A DNA stretch of 64,000 nt from Octopus vulgaris (GCA_951406725.2 OX597818.1:8928001-8992000), one strand, 5' to 3'; shown: positions 38,491 to 53,150, counted from the stretch's first letter. A program made the numbers and translations. Notes: generated by a model from the sequence alone, not told the origin.

Positions 38491-40679
38491 TCATCATGTC
38501 ATTAAAGTTAAGCATTTAATGCGACCGTCTGTAGGTTGACATTTGAAGCTATTGGAATGGATATATTATTTTCATACCTATAGTTTGTTTATATGTACAA
38601 GGATCAGTTACACATTGTTGTAGACCAATTTGTATCGTGAGGTTACATCACGGAAGGTCTGGAGAATATTCTGGTAAATTTTGTTACGCTCCATGTATCA
38701 TACATTAATAAGAGGAAATACAGTAGATAAATAGACAGCTGGATAAACGTCGGGATTAACACACAAGAAAAATTTACATTAGTCGAACTGATATTCGCGG
38801 TATATTGTATAAGAACAAAGTGATACTACATCTCGCGGAGCAATGTTCTAAAGTTTCCTGGAGAATTCAAGTGACTCAGATTGCCAGTTCATATAAATCT
38901 GGGTAGGACTTTTCACAACTTCACACAGCAAATTCACTGGAAATTTACATAATCTTTCTTTAATGTTCTCTGCCGTTGGTTGATAGACACTAGCCAAGGG
39001 TGATTGGGCAAGAATCATTTACGTGACTGCTCTCATCGGTCAAGGACTTGGACAGAATTTTAGAGCTATATATGATTCGGTTCAAATTTAGAGAAAGCCT
39101 CACTATATTCATATTTACATACATACAAATATATATGCATATGTAAATATATTTAAGCGGTGATTTGGTAAGCGGTGTCGTGTTTTGAAATTCTGTAAAA
39201 TAACGATAAAAATATTTTATAAGCTTAAACCTTTTAGGCAATCCCCGTGTATTGACTGAAGAAAATAGTCCAATAATGGGGCATCTAAGGCCAACTTTTA
39301 TCCGTCGAGGAACTTATATGCCCCAATATCAGACTATTTTCTTATGAAATATTATCATTATCATTTACAGAATTTATGTATATATGCATATATCCTGTAA
39401 TAATTTCTTCTCTTAGACCACTTTTTATTCTTATTTTTCCAACTAGCTCAAATTTGTGATGAGTGATCGCTAATATGTTTTCTCTACATGTAAATAGTTT
39501 TTCACTATAAGTTCAATCCATTATAATCCAGACGGAGAATATAACACACCGTCTCGATATTTTCTCACTAAAGCATTGTTTTGAGTGTAATAATATCATT
39601 CGCATAATACCTTCGTACATAAAGATCCTGTGTCTCAGTAAATGAGTGAGTTACAAGCAATTTTATTACAGTTACTTACCAAATGAATTTAGTAAGTTCT
39701 GACTCTAAAAGTATATATGGAATGTATGCAATCCAATTCTCGTAAGTAACATCACAGGGATGGATGTAGATGACGTACAAAGCTTTATATCAGGGATTAT
39801 TTGCAAAATAGTTAAAGTGGTTTACTCAGGTTTAATCTGTTTGAGTAGATACGTAAATATCTTCCAGTCATGACCATCCAGTCATTTTAGTATATCAGAT
39901 AATACACTGGAATTTATCCATCTTTAAGATAAGGAATGATAGGAAGCTACAGATAAGAAAAAGTAAACAAATATAGGTAGAAAGATAGAAAGAAACAGAA
40001 CAGCAATTATTCATTATCCACTCTATTATGATAATCGCCATCGGCATCGTCGTCATGATGGACGTCACAATTATAATCATAATAATGAGATTTGCTATCA
40101 TTAGCACCAACAGTATCATCGGCAAGCATTGATAATGGCACTCCTGCTACCCCAACCACTATGTCCGCCAATAACTCGTAATGTTACCATCTATAAACAT
40201 CACTAACTGCAATCAAACATATACCTTTATGTAGAACACAGCCAATGAGATGTACAACCACTATCATCATCACCTGTGATTATCAACCAATGCAGCACCG
40301 CCTCCTACAACATTACTAATATAACGTCCACAACTTGTAGTAAGGCAAGCATCAATATAGCCGACCATTATCAATAACTACCACATTTATCATGGCCTGC
40401 AATATCCCTAATGTATGGAATATTCCCATTCTGCTATAATAATTCAGGTAGGTTCTATCAAATAGCATTGGCACAATTCTAAGTTCGTCAACGTTTACAC
40501 ACTCGCAACAGGAAATTATATATTTTTACTACAAAACCAAAGGAATACAGTTTCTTCTCTCTCACCATCACCGTCAATTCTTGACTGTGTCTTTGCGGGA
40601 AAGCAAAGAGAAATGCCAGGCTAATTCATTCGACACACTGACGAGAGTAATTTTCTAATCATGATTACGCTCTCACACA

Positions 40680-40831
40680 CCACACAGCATATATATATAT
40701 ATATATATTACATACAAACTCAAAACACACAGATACTCACGCACACATACGAATATGTATGTGTGTATACATACATACATACATACATATATATATACAC
40801 ATACACACACACACAGACATGCGAACACACA

Positions 40832-40877
<46 letters not shown>

Positions 40878-41230
40878 CTCACACGCAGACACATACATAT
40901 ATATAACGCTTTAGCTATTTCTATAAAGCATTATTCAAGAGTCAACTAATTTATATAGATATATGTATGTATATATATGTGTGTATGTATACATATACAC
41001 ATGCAAACACACAAACACATACTTAACGCTTCTAGCTATTTATATAAAACATTAATCATGAGTCTAACATGTGTGTATGTCCGTGTGTGTGTATGGTGTG
41101 TGCATATATGCGCATATACACAACATATGTATACATACATATATACATACATATGTTTATATATACGTAATAAATGTCTCTCTTCTCTCTTTGTATATAT
41201 ATATATATATATATACATATATTTGTGTGA

Positions 41231-41278
<48 letters not shown>

Positions 41279-41393
41279 GTATGTAGATATATGTGTATAT
41301 ATATGTATATATATATACATATGTATGTAGATATATGTATAAATATATATATGTAGATATATATATATATACATATATATATTCGTATACATA

Positions 41394-41442
<49 letters not shown>

Positions 41443-41450
41443 CATATATG
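40680..41450. repeat. TA/CA-rich simple repeat field
   Basis: Directly visible. Confidence 0.95.
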
Positions 41451-42118
41451 CCTATCAATGTATCAATTGATCTGTTCATCTGCCTTTCTATCACTCTCTC
41501 AAGCCATATACCTCTCTAGATTGAAGTGAGCTTTGCTATCATTTACTTTCGGTTTTTCCCCTCTATTCGACAGAATGGCGGATTCAGTGAACTTTACCCG
41601 GATGTTCATGCAATGCTTTACATCACCATCAAAGATGTTATACATCCTACTTAAAAGTTGTCCATCTTTTGTAAAGATCACATAGCATAAATATTTGATG
41701 TGATTTACACGCCGAATTATGTACGGCGAGAACTATGGACAGTGATTAAAGATATTCAACCCAAAAGGATGGACATAGCAACTGCGAATAAAGATACACA
41801 ATATTAAACGTAGGAGTAAATTAAATACGGTGCCTGACCAAACTGCACATTACTGGCTGAAATATTCTCATTGCATTTCAGTGATAATTTACTTAAGTAA
41901 CGCCAATGTTTAGACACAGAACCGAGTATTACTGCAACTATACCAAGGAGCACATTTAATAAGACATGTAACAGCTCACGAACAAAAGCACATCTACACA
42001 AGCACCCATATTTATCTAGACATTTAAATGTATAAAACATAACTACATTCGTACATACCAACACACTTATATTCGTAGGTACATGCATACAAAGATTTAG
42101 ATAAATGCACACGCACAT

Positions 42119-42240
<122 letters not shown>

Positions 42241-42531
42241 AATGCATTTGCATTTGTGTACATTCATACGTACATACTTTTACACACACACAGGTAGTTA
42301 GATGTAAATATGTATGTATATGCATTGTGATCAATAAATCCACTTCGTAATCATGTGTTTCCATGTTCAATTCTATTATTCTCTACATTGAGCGAACATC
42401 TCGTATAGCTACGGGAATAATAATTTGGATTAAAATTTCTGGCACGAAATATAGCATGAATGATACCTAACACGTGCGTGCGCGCGCGCACACACACACA
42501 CACGTACACACAAGCGCGAGAATTAGCATAC

Positions 42532-42572
<41 letters not shown>

Positions 42573-42924
42573 AAGTATAATTATGAATATATAATTATAA
42601 TAAAGGGTGCTGAAGAGACATCGCCTGTACGCTAGAAATAGACGTCAAACGACAACAACCCACTTAAGTTATTGTTCCGTTGAACACTAGGCTGTATGCG
42701 AGGAAGATGGACTTATAAAAATATTTTGGACAACTCTATACCTTAAGATTGCAGGTTTTGCGATATTAACTTCACTTTATGATCTTTAGTAGAGTACACC
42801 GTTCGTAAATAAATGAGAAGTGCATATATATATCATAGATACACAGTCGTACAAATGCGGATATAAACATGCATTATCACATATAATATAAGTAAAAACC
42901 CCATCGTCCATTTCAGTCATATGG

Positions 42925-42961
<37 letters not shown>

Positions 42962-43089
42962 CGTGCGTGTGTGATAGTTTCTGCATGTATGTATGTTTGT
43001 ATGTTCTCTGTTGTTTTTAATTATTGAAATTCTTCCTCTACGGAAAGAGTTGATTTACAACTAAGACACAAAGTTTAATCGTTGTAATG

Positions 43090-43960
43090 TAGATAACAAA
43101 TACTTTTAGACTTGAGAAAAATTCTGGCATATTTTTATTTTACTGGTCAATTTACAGGTTGTATTAGTAATGTCAGAGTTATTTGGTTGATTTCTTTCTC
43201 TGAAAACTCTAGTTTATTCACAATGCGACTTCAGCATTCACTCACAAAAAAATCACAGCAATTATTTTTGGTATAACTGTGAATTTATAATCTGAATATC
43301 GAAACCGGAATTTTCGAAGCAGTTGCTCATAGTTGTTCTTTACCTCTTTGGTTTTCAAACTGCTATTCACATCAGCAGGATAGCATAGCTCTATGACGGT
43401 ACATCCTTTTACTGTTATGTTTACACTTCACGGATGTATTCATAGATATGTTCCCCCAGTATTTCTTGTGTAGATGCTTGTGTATGTATTCAGTAACTGG
43501 GGAATTCTATACATTTATTCCAGGACTTTTTTCCGAATGTCATCCTATACTGTTTTTTTTTTTTTTTTGTCAAAGTCATGTCGCAAAGGGATGTGGTACG
43601 AAGATGTCAGTTTTGGGTAGCTGCTTACATGTGATGTGTTCCACCGAAATATGACTTAATTTTTGGTTGCATCTTGGAGCTCCAAGGACTTCGTTGCCTC
43701 TTTCTTTTATTAGGTATTTTGTAGAAATTTCCTGTTGCCTTCGAAGTGTGATATGATGCAGATGTCAAAAATTCAATAGAGACAGCGCTTCATGACGATA
43801 TTGTACGTATGTATTGGTGAACGCAATTGAATCACCCTTAAATTCTAATCACCATCTGTGTATCATTCTGAATGCCTATATACCACTGGAAAGCAGGATG
43901 CTATGGTTTCTCTGTCAGAGTAAAAACCCTTCATAGATAAGTATCAAATACACAACATAT
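43090..43960 (-). mobile_element. Very degenerate RLE-type (R4-like) non-LTR retrotransposon 3' fragment, divergent family
   Basis: Minus strand: QQEISTKYLI, VEHIT..CPK-like, KYWGNISMNTSVKCKHN, ELCYPADVN..K.KE..NNYEQLLR...YSDYKFTVIP. Confidence 0.6.
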
Positions 43961-44254
43961 ATCGTGACAAGGCGAGCATCGTCACTGCAGTGACTCACGA
44001 GAAAGATAGACATATTTCACACTACTTCGAGCATGTCAATTTCCGTGCTTAGACAAAATTCGTCCTTCGATATATAGAAGACATAGAAAATAAGTTCACT
44101 GGCAAATGAGAGTCTTTGCCGTCAACCAAATACTTGAACGGAGTTCGACCAGCCTAAGATAAAAATTTCACTGGGTGTTTGTGTCTGTTTGTCTGTGTGT
44201 CTATGTAAGTGTGCATAAATGCAAAAACCTCTCCTGTCATTGTCCTGGCTCTCC

Positions 44255-44550
44255 GTTATTCCGGTTGATTCAATGGACAAAACAACCTACTCGTGAAATT
44301 AATATGTAAACGGCTGAACACCCCACAGATACGCAGAGTACCTTTAACGTAGTTCTTATGAATATTCAGCATGTCACACTGAATGACAAGGATGGCATCT
44401 TGAACTACCGTTACACCTCGATTTTGCCAAATGAATGGGCTGGAGCAAATTGAAATAAAGTGTTCTTCTCAGCGAAAAAAGGTGCCGCCCTGAATAGAAC
44501 TCACTACTTTACGATCGTGAGCTGAATTCCCTAAAAACCTCATCACGCAA
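44255..44550 (-). mobile_element. Degenerate SINE (Nin/Deu-like domain), relative of 54105-54425
   Basis: CTCGTGAAATTAAT..GGCTGAACACCCCACAGA..TTAACGTAGTTCT and a decayed tRNA head. Confidence 0.65.
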
Positions 44551-45871
44551 CTTTATTGATTAAAATAGTGCTTTTTTTAACCCCAGCTTACAATACAGTA
44601 AAATGACGTTTGCTCAAACAGTGAACGATTATACAACAGAAACAAGTATAGAGTTGACCTTAGGCAAATGACAATTAGTAAAATCTGTAGATATATCAAA
44701 CGGACTTTTTTTGCAAGCGAAGCATAGAAAGATGATTTACATAACTCAAGGACAAAATGATTGGCGCTGCCCGACAACTCAAGCTGCCATCTAACCATCT
44801 TCAGCCGATAGCCAAACTACGTGGACACAGGCATACCTTAACAGCTATATAAATATACAAGACTCTGATAAAGAAGAATAACAGTGCATTCCGTTATATT
44901 CGAAGGCGAATTTATGGACAATCTTGCTCGTGTTTGGATTTTTGACATGAGCTAACGGTCTCCCATGTAAAACCAATACAGCATAAAAATTGTGTCGCTG
45001 CAAGTGATCTCGGCAAAAAGAAAAGAATAGAATGTACATTACAAGCCATTTTCATAAAAACTGGAAAATTTTTCTGAATGACTCCCTGGTACGTTACTTT
45101 GTAGAAAGAAGAATTAGGAAAATCATAGTTATTCGAAGGGTTACGAACACTTAACATAAGGGCGTGTCTGTATTTGTGTAGATGGAGCCTTACTGTGTAA
45201 ATACACATACATAAATACATACGAATGTACATGCGCACGCATATACACTCGAATACATATACCTCTATAAATAAATATATATGTGATGGGTGTTAACTCG
45301 TTAGAGAAGCGTGACCATCGATGGCAATTCATCTCATTTCTGTTTTCCGTTGTTTTTCTTTTTTATTCCACTGACTATGGGACCTACTAGTGCTTTTGCA
45401 ATCAGCAAGAGATTTGCAGTCTTTGTTGTATGTGCGGAATTCATATGCATGAGTTGCAGTTGAGTGCTTAATCGGTGCAGCGCTTGATGTGAGTGTGTAC
45501 GTGTGTGTGTGTATCTGTGTGTATGTTTGTGTGAGTGTATGTGTCTGTGCCTGTATATGTGACTGTGTGTGTTTTCTGGTCTCCCTCTTATGACTTTAAA
45601 TAAATTGTACAGCGCACAGGGACTGTTCAATCGATTTTATCGATACCAGAGGTTACCTGGCTCAAGTCTTCTTATTATTTCATGACCAAAGTTGCCGAAC
45701 CAATGTTACAGAACATAAAAAGCAATATAAACAAATATCAGTCGCTGTTAAGTGATATAGTCGCGAACAAGAAGGAACACGAATTACGGAGACGCACTCA
45801 ATGTATATGCGTATATTTAAATGTGTATGTATATATGTGTATATCTAGTTATCAATTTTTCATTATATAAA

Positions 45872-46250
45872 AGGCACAGGCATGGCTATGTGGTAAGACA
45901 CTTACTTCCGAGTCACATTGTTCCTGGTTCAGTCCCGCTGTGTGGCACCTTGGACAAGTGTCCTCTTCTATAACCTCGGGCCAACCAAAGCCTTGTGACT
46001 TGATTTGATAGACGGCACCTTTTTTCGCTGAGAAGAACACTTTATATATCTGTGTGCGTGTGTCTTTCTGTCTGCATTTGTACATTTACTCACGTGTTGG
46101 TATGTTTGACTCTCCGTAGCGATTAAGAAGACCGATAGATTGAGTATCTGGCTGAAAATATAAGTACTGGGATCTATTTATTCCACTAAAAATTCAAGGT
46201 GGTGTCCTAGAATGACCGCAGTCTAATGGCTGAAACAAGTACATGATAAA
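45872..46250 (+). mobile_element. Family A SINE (diverged, full length)
   Basis: GGCACAGGCATGGCTATGTGGTAAG..GGTTCAGTCCCGCTG..GGCCAACCAAAGCCTTGTGA..GCTGAAACAAGTA. Confidence 0.85.
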
Positions 46251-47799
46251 ATATTTACAGATACATTTTCATATATTGTATTCCTTTATGCGCGCGCACG
46301 AATGTGTGTGTGTGAATTCTGAAGTTTCTGAGTCCATCTATCGTTGAGCTTAACTTTACCTTTCATCCTTCTGCGATCGATAATAGAATTTACGTTTACA
46401 TCCATACCCACACACCCGATGATTTAAATTTGTCTTAGATCAATTTGTCAAGCACATAATCAGATTAAGTTATTAGGTATACGTGTCTAGCGATACTGAT
46501 ACTTATCTCAGCTGATTGGTTGCTTTACTTCAAACAATCAAAAGTGTATATTAAGCCAAGTCTACGCAAATATATATATTGAGATTTAACTTTAACACAA
46601 GCACACAAATGCCCGGTCGCACAAAGACTTAGAAATGGTCCATGATGTTCATAAACAAATCTATTCGTAAATGATATTGAAAACATTAATTTCTTTCATA
46701 ATTAATCAGTGGTGAGAAGTTTTAGATACCATAACAACTACAAGATTTCCTTGGTAAACCGATAACAATTCGAGTTGTAGGCAAATGGAGAATATATCCC
46801 GCATGGAAATATTGCTGGTTAGTAAATGAGAAATTTAATGGATGCATAATACATAATAGACAGGTGTTTGAATGAATGGGATTTGCAAATCGCATTCATT
46901 TAGGAAGCTTAAAGGCATAGATGATGAATTGGAGGTAAATTAACAGCTCTTCAGATAATACTGAAGAGCTATATTACTTAATTAACTAAGAAAATTTAAT
47001 GTTTCACTTATCGAGCAATGGGGATACAGAAATAAGCAAAGACTTGTGGATACTGTATGTTATTGCATCTCTACATTAGGTGATACTTCACTTTATCGCT
47101 ACTGATATTGAGTTACCACAGTCAAGTGCACATCGCACAGTTGCATTGAAGTCGCGTAAGAAGTCGCTTGGAAAGGTGATCTCTTGTACCGCGCTTTCTA
47201 TAATGCAGACATGTTCAGAGTCATTATACACATGCTGATATGCAGTGGTTAATTTTATATCCCGATGTTTGAAGTTTGGTAATGTTCTGTTCTTGACATT
47301 TGTCTCATTTGTTTTACAGTATATGTGTAAATTCTGGAGTTAGCCATTATGGAGATAGAATGATAGAAATCGATTCAAATGCAACAGGCATTTCTCTTCT
47401 GCAGTGCTTTGCTGGAGATATGCATCTGTCTATTTCATCACAGTGGTTGTGGTTGATAACGGTATTGATGCAATTTAATTTTTATGTACCTGTTCAAATT
47501 TTTGTGGAGAGAGAAAATGAGATAGTCTTCTTATGGTGTCACTGTTACAAAGTTTAAGCAGGTAGTAAGTTTCCAATCTGGCTACACGAACAAATATTGC
47601 CTCATCTTTTCATTGCCGGTGAATTTACTAATTCGTTACTGTGTTTCGTGGAATGCAGCGCGGTATCAGTTCAGACTTTCTAATTTCTGAATTCTGACGC
47701 CATCAATCTCTACTTTGCTTTCAATCTTCTTTGACCAATTGACAGTTAAAGTCGGTGGATTGCCGAAATTATTAAAGTGTCGCATGTTATAAATTGCCT

Positions 47800-47983
47800 T
47801 GTTCTATATTTTAGAGATGAGAAATTTTGTACATTAATTACATTTATATTGGACGGATATGTGTGCTCATCCTGTTTGTTGTTACAACGTTTCGGCTGAT
47901 TTACTCTCCAGCCTTCATCAGATGTCCTGATAGAATTTTGAACCCAAAGCTGTGTTTTCATTCCTAAGGTATGTTTTTGCTGA

Positions 47984-47986
<3 letters not shown>
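47800..47986 (-). mobile_element. Penelope pLTR-like short repeat with hammerhead-like core
   Basis: Minus strand CTGATGA-A-GGCTG-loop-CAGCC-GAAAC-GTT-GTA (47921 to 47883); stem I not formed. Confidence 0.5.
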
Positions 47987-48061
<75 letters not shown>

Positions 48062-48088
48062 CATTATTATTATCATGATTATTATTAT
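47987..48088. repeat. (TTA)n microsatellite
   Basis: Directly visible. Confidence 0.97.
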
Positions 48089-49093
48089 TCATTCATTCAT
48101 TCAATAACATTAAGTGATATTTTTTAAGAAAGTACTACTACTTAAATGTGGAACAGAAATTGACTTAGGTTAAGATCTTTCAGTTTCACCATTTTAGTTG
48201 AATAGGTGATTTTGATTTGATTGAAGTGTGATTTAGTTGAAGCTATGATACCTCCTCGGTTTATTGCTCATGAGCTGTCTGCTGTTTCGGTGTAGTGTTC
48301 TAAATTTTTGTTGCGATTTACTGGGATACGCATGAGATCGCTATATTAAAAATCAAAGTATTAATGTGAATAAAGATGCTAATGCATACATGTAATGTTA
48401 TTTTACGTTTAGTTTCATTGAATTATTAGTTTTCAGATTTGAATCTAAGCATGCTGACAGAATTATTTTATATTCACAATAGATTTCTTTTGGCTCTATC
48501 TGTTTTATAATTTGTCCAGGCTCTGAGATACTGAATTATTCCTTTCTCTAGCAGTTTTTAGTGACCGGGGGAACGACAATGTCAACATTTATAGATATAG
48601 AATACGTCAAGTCAACAAGAAACCTTAACTGAAAATTTATGTCTCATAGAAATAGAAGTGAATTAAACATTTTATTTTCACTTCAATGCATGAGAAACGG
48701 CTGAATATGCATGATAATTCATCTATAGATACATATAATCAGAAGAAAGTTGCAGGGGTCAAATCTACAAACTTAAGGGCATGATAAATATTCGTTCCAG
48801 AAAGCTAGTCAGCTAAAACCAAAGAAACAATCCTAGCCAACAGCGATCTTCAAGCATCTTACTTTGTTAAACTGTACAATATATAAGACAATGTCGTACT
48901 AGATATATTATGTTTGAAGAAAAAGTAAAAGAAACATTGATTACACTCCTTTGTTTCCATTGTTCATATCTCATATCGAACTGGACTTCCCTAATGTTAC
49001 ACAACAAATAAAAGACTAGGAAATATGTGCCTCGAAACGTGTAAAAGTTGTAAGGAAACACTGATTGATATATATATATATATATATATATAT

Positions 49094-49181
49094 AGTCGAC
49101 TTTGGCGGAATTTTAGCTCAGAACGTAAAGTCGGAAGAAATACCGCTAAGCGTACTAAGGATTCTGCCACCTCACCGCCTT
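49094..49181 (-). mobile_element. 5' fragment of Meta-like SINE
   Basis: AGTCGACTTTGGCGGAATTT..CAGAACGTAA..GAAATAC..CTCACCGCCTT matches the head of 16291-16524. Confidence 0.65.
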
Positions 49182-49949
49182 AACACATAAATGAATACTA
49201 CATTCTCACATTTGTATTATTGGTTTTGAAAATTCACCTAAGAATAAGTTTGCGTTGTATAAAAATTATATATATTTAGTCTCGTTGTAATCTACATGAA
49301 TCATTCACTTTACAGAAGTAATGCGTTCTTGAAAATCTGACAGCAACGCGAAATCTAGCCATAACGCGAAATGTAAAATTAATTTTCGTATTAATTTTAA
49401 TAATACTAGGTCAAATTGCGTTCCTTCGTAGATTTTCGAAAAAAATAACACACAAGGAAATATCAAAGAACAAGCAACGCGATCGCCTTAGTACAGGAAT
49501 ATATCAATTTCTAAACATACACATTGCAATAATGATACATAAAAGCACGAAAAAAATGTTCAATAGTTATAACTTGGGGAATTAATAAGAATTGAAATAT
49601 GTTAAGTGTATGCTCCTACCATAAAAGATGTTGACAACTGTGTATGGGTGGTGAGGAAATGAACGTCACAGAGAGGATGAGAGACACTATTTCCCATTTA
49701 CTTCTCATAATCAAGTACATCAGCTTGAGGCGGGAAGAACTTATCCAAAATCATTTTGATGTTTATGACACATCTCTTTGTACAGCTCAGTATAGAAACT
49801 GAGATAATTGTAAACTTTTCTTCTACTTTTATACTACATTCCTGCTTAGGACCATTATCACCAAAACCTGCTGACCTCCCTCAAAAATGCCAAAAAAAAA
49901 TAATGAAATTTTGAAGCCAATTTAAGTGGTGTAGGTGGACTTCAATTGT

Positions 49950-51200
49950 CTTATCTGCATTCTTTGCTTGTTCTTTTTCTAACAGCATCAGCTCATTGTT
50001 AGATAAACTTGCTCGCTAAGACACTGGCAACTCAATCACATCCTCCTTTACGACTTCTTCAAATCCTACATCCTTAGCAAGTGTCACATTATCTTTCTGC
50101 ATTTGATTTCGATCTTCTGCTTGAGGAAAATTTGTAATGTCGCAGGAAGTCTTGCCATGTACATTTCCAAGCGCTATTCCAGGTTAAATGTTTCCCTTCA
50201 TGTCATGATTCAGATATACTATCTACAGCACACATTATGTTAAATTACGTATAGAAATCTACAACTGTAGGTTTAGCCACCTAGGAACTTGCTTTCATAA
50301 GTTGCTTGGTAGTTCTCATATAAGTTAGGTGTTATAATTTGATCCATTGGCTGCAACAACGAAATTGTGTTATATTCTATTATTAGAAAGGTCATTCAAG
50401 TTTGCTCGGTGGCTCAGTGCATTGTCTAAGAGAAACTATGTTTTGTTGGAAATATTGTTTCTAGCACTGTATCATTCTACGGCAGGTCGGAAAACGTTTA
50501 CAAACCGCTGATTGTGAAAAGGATCTTAGCCATCCATGTCTTCTTATTTGAACGCCAAATCAAAGGAAAATTAAATTTTATGTAACCATTGACAGCCTTT
50601 GCATTTTCGGAGTGATACACGTGTAAGGACTTTAATTTCATAGCATCAGCGGCATTTTCTTCCAAAAGTAGTGCTAAACGATTTCTGGAAGCTTTAAATC
50701 GTGGTGTTGAAAATCTTCTCGATAAATAAAAGTTCTATCAGACATGCACTTCCAGAAGAGTGCAAACTCATCAACATTAGATACTTTTGTTCAACTGCTC
50801 AGGATAATTAGTAACAACCGTTGTATCAGTACTCGCAGCTTCAGTCATTTTAATGTTGTGCGAATTCAGGCGCTTCTAAATCATTCAAACCGTGCTTTGC
50901 TACCCCAAAATGGTTTTTCATTAGAAGTTTCACTTTCCTCTTTCTGCAAGTCGTCATATAAATTTTGGCATTTTGTAATTGCTATCGTGTTTATCGGCAT
51001 ATTACGCCGATTATTATCCTTGATCTGTACGCTCAAAATTCTTTCTTACAGATCTATGGATAAATAAGGTCCAGACAGAGGTAACGGATTATGTTCTTGA
51101 GAGTTTGGCGTAACTTTTTCTCTGTTGTTAGTATTCATCTTACTGTAGACGTAGCAAGATTTAATGTTTGACAATATAACTTTGTTTTACTTTGCATAAA
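49950..51200 (-). mobile_element. pogo/Tigger transposase fossil
   Basis: Minus strand: NVDEFALFWKCMSDRTFI, KASRNRLALLL, LKSLHVYHSENAKA, WRSNKKTWMA, LLDNALSH, LQPMDQ (DDE_1-type motifs). Confidence 0.8.
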
Positions 51201-51889
51201 TCTTAAACTCAAAGCTAAAGAAGAAAAAAGTAGAGGCGATTAATTATCCACAACATATCTATTGTAAGAAAAATGGTCCAGGAAATCTGTCACAGTTATG
51301 AGATTGATAAGTTGGCTTACTTATTTTGATCCTATAATGAAAATGAGATAAGAAGGTGAATGACTGGTGAGAAAGTACTACACCATTAGAGTTAGATGAA
51401 AATTCGATAGACTTAACAGACAATTCGTTCCTTTCACTTCTGACTTTAAATGTACACAAATGCCCGCGTGCATACACATATACACAAACACTCACACACT
51501 TACAGTCACTAAAAGATTCATACACACTCATGCACGTAATCATCACACATTTGTTGGCGTAAATGCTAAAATCAGAGGCTTCATACCGAATATCGTGTAG
51601 GTTGCATTGGTTGACATGTTAGTGACGGCGGATGAGAATAGTGGTATTATTGCTCTCGCTAATTACATTGTGGTGGCTGCTTAGTCTGAAGTCAATCCTT
51701 ATAAACCTTAGATCAAAGATATTTTCTACTTTTAAAAGGCACTAGGATACCACACAAGGTTGTTTTCATTTATTTTCAGATGGGTTTGTTTATCTACTTC
51801 ATACTACATATTACTGTTGCTGTTGGTGCTTGTGTTCATGCTGATGACAAAAACACACAAACATAAGCATACATACATACATACATACA

Positions 51890-53150
51890 TCTACTACTAC
51901 ATATGTGGCAAATTATGTCTATGGGTGTGTTTAACTCCTCCTGCATCGCTTTATCGATTTTGATGAAACTTGAGACTTGAGTAGAACTCATGACGGGAAA
52001 TCTCATGGCATACTCAAATTGTTGAAAAAAAAATCGATAATAGAGCCCCTGGAAGGGATCTTTATATATCTAATATATTTCATTTTAACAGTCAATGCGC
52101 CCAGATTTTAACAGCGAAGAGAAATCACCCATTCATTTCCTAAATCGTGTTGTATAAATCAAATTGAGTATGCTTATTTCTTAGTATTTGAACTCTTTTA
52201 CTCTTTTACTTGTTTCAGTCATTTGACTGCGGCCATGCTGGAATACCTCATTTAATCGAGCAACTCGACCCCGGGACTTATTCTTTTGTAAGCCCAGTAC
52301 TTATTCTATCGGTCTCTTTTGCCGAACCGCTAAGTAACGGGGACATAAACACACCGGCATCGGTTGTCAAGCAATGCTAGGGGGACAAACACACTCACAC
52401 AAACACACACACACATATATATACATATATACGACGGGCTTCTTTCAGTTTCCGTCTACCAAATCCACTCACAAGGCTTTGGTTGGTCCGAGGCTATAGT
52501 AGAAGACACTTGCCCAAGGTGCCACGCAGTGGGACTGAATCCGGAACCATGTGGTTGGTAAACAAGCTACTTACCACACAGCCACTCCTGTTTGAGTTGT
52601 TTTCGCAATTTATCCAGTACAACACTTAAACAAGTAAATAATATTTTCCTAAACAATAGATCCACATATATTTCTTTTAGTGACTTATTCACGAATATAC
52701 CGACACTAGCGCCGCTGAGGGGAATGTAGAAAAGCCCTGTTCAGAGTAATTTGCTTTGAATTGTTATTATCGCACATCTAATTAGCCTGTTATTACGTAG
52801 CATGCTTCGCGATTTTAGTATACATACCTTATTAGTATTTTCTCCTAAGTTCTATATACTCTGAGAACGCATTAAATCCCTTTTTGGTGCTACTTAATTT
52901 GAATTCTTACTGTCGGGTAACTAATTTCTTGTTATTACATAACTGACTTCACAATTTGGGCATTCATAACTTATTGGAAATTTCTAAAAACAAGATCCTG
53001 TGTAAGACAATTCGGTATTTTCTGTAGATGTACAAAAACCGTTTTAAGAGCTACATACTTTGTATTGTTATTGGATTAGCGAAACAATTATGAAAACGGA
53101 ACCGAGGGATTAGCTCCGATTTCCCGGGAATTACCGGGTATGTCAGCTAG
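51890..53150 (+). mobile_element. Non-autonomous Helitron with nested SINE
   Basis: A|TCTACTACTAC 5' end; 3' hairpin CCCGG-GAATTA-CCGGG (53123-53138) followed by CTAG|T. Both flanks are (CATA)n. Confidence 0.7.
52192..52590 (-). mobile_element. Family A SINE (young)
   Basis: Near-identical to 53335-53752 and 11695-12152. Confidence 0.92.

Noticed and set aside
44760-45092. Possible mariner-derived MITE ending TGACTCCCTGGTA
   Set aside because: A matching left end and TSD could not be defined.
46600-47560. Possible Gypsy pol fossil on the minus strand (DFLRDF-like protease end, RT-like residues)
   Set aside because: Too degenerate to support by eye; needs a frameshift-aware profile search.
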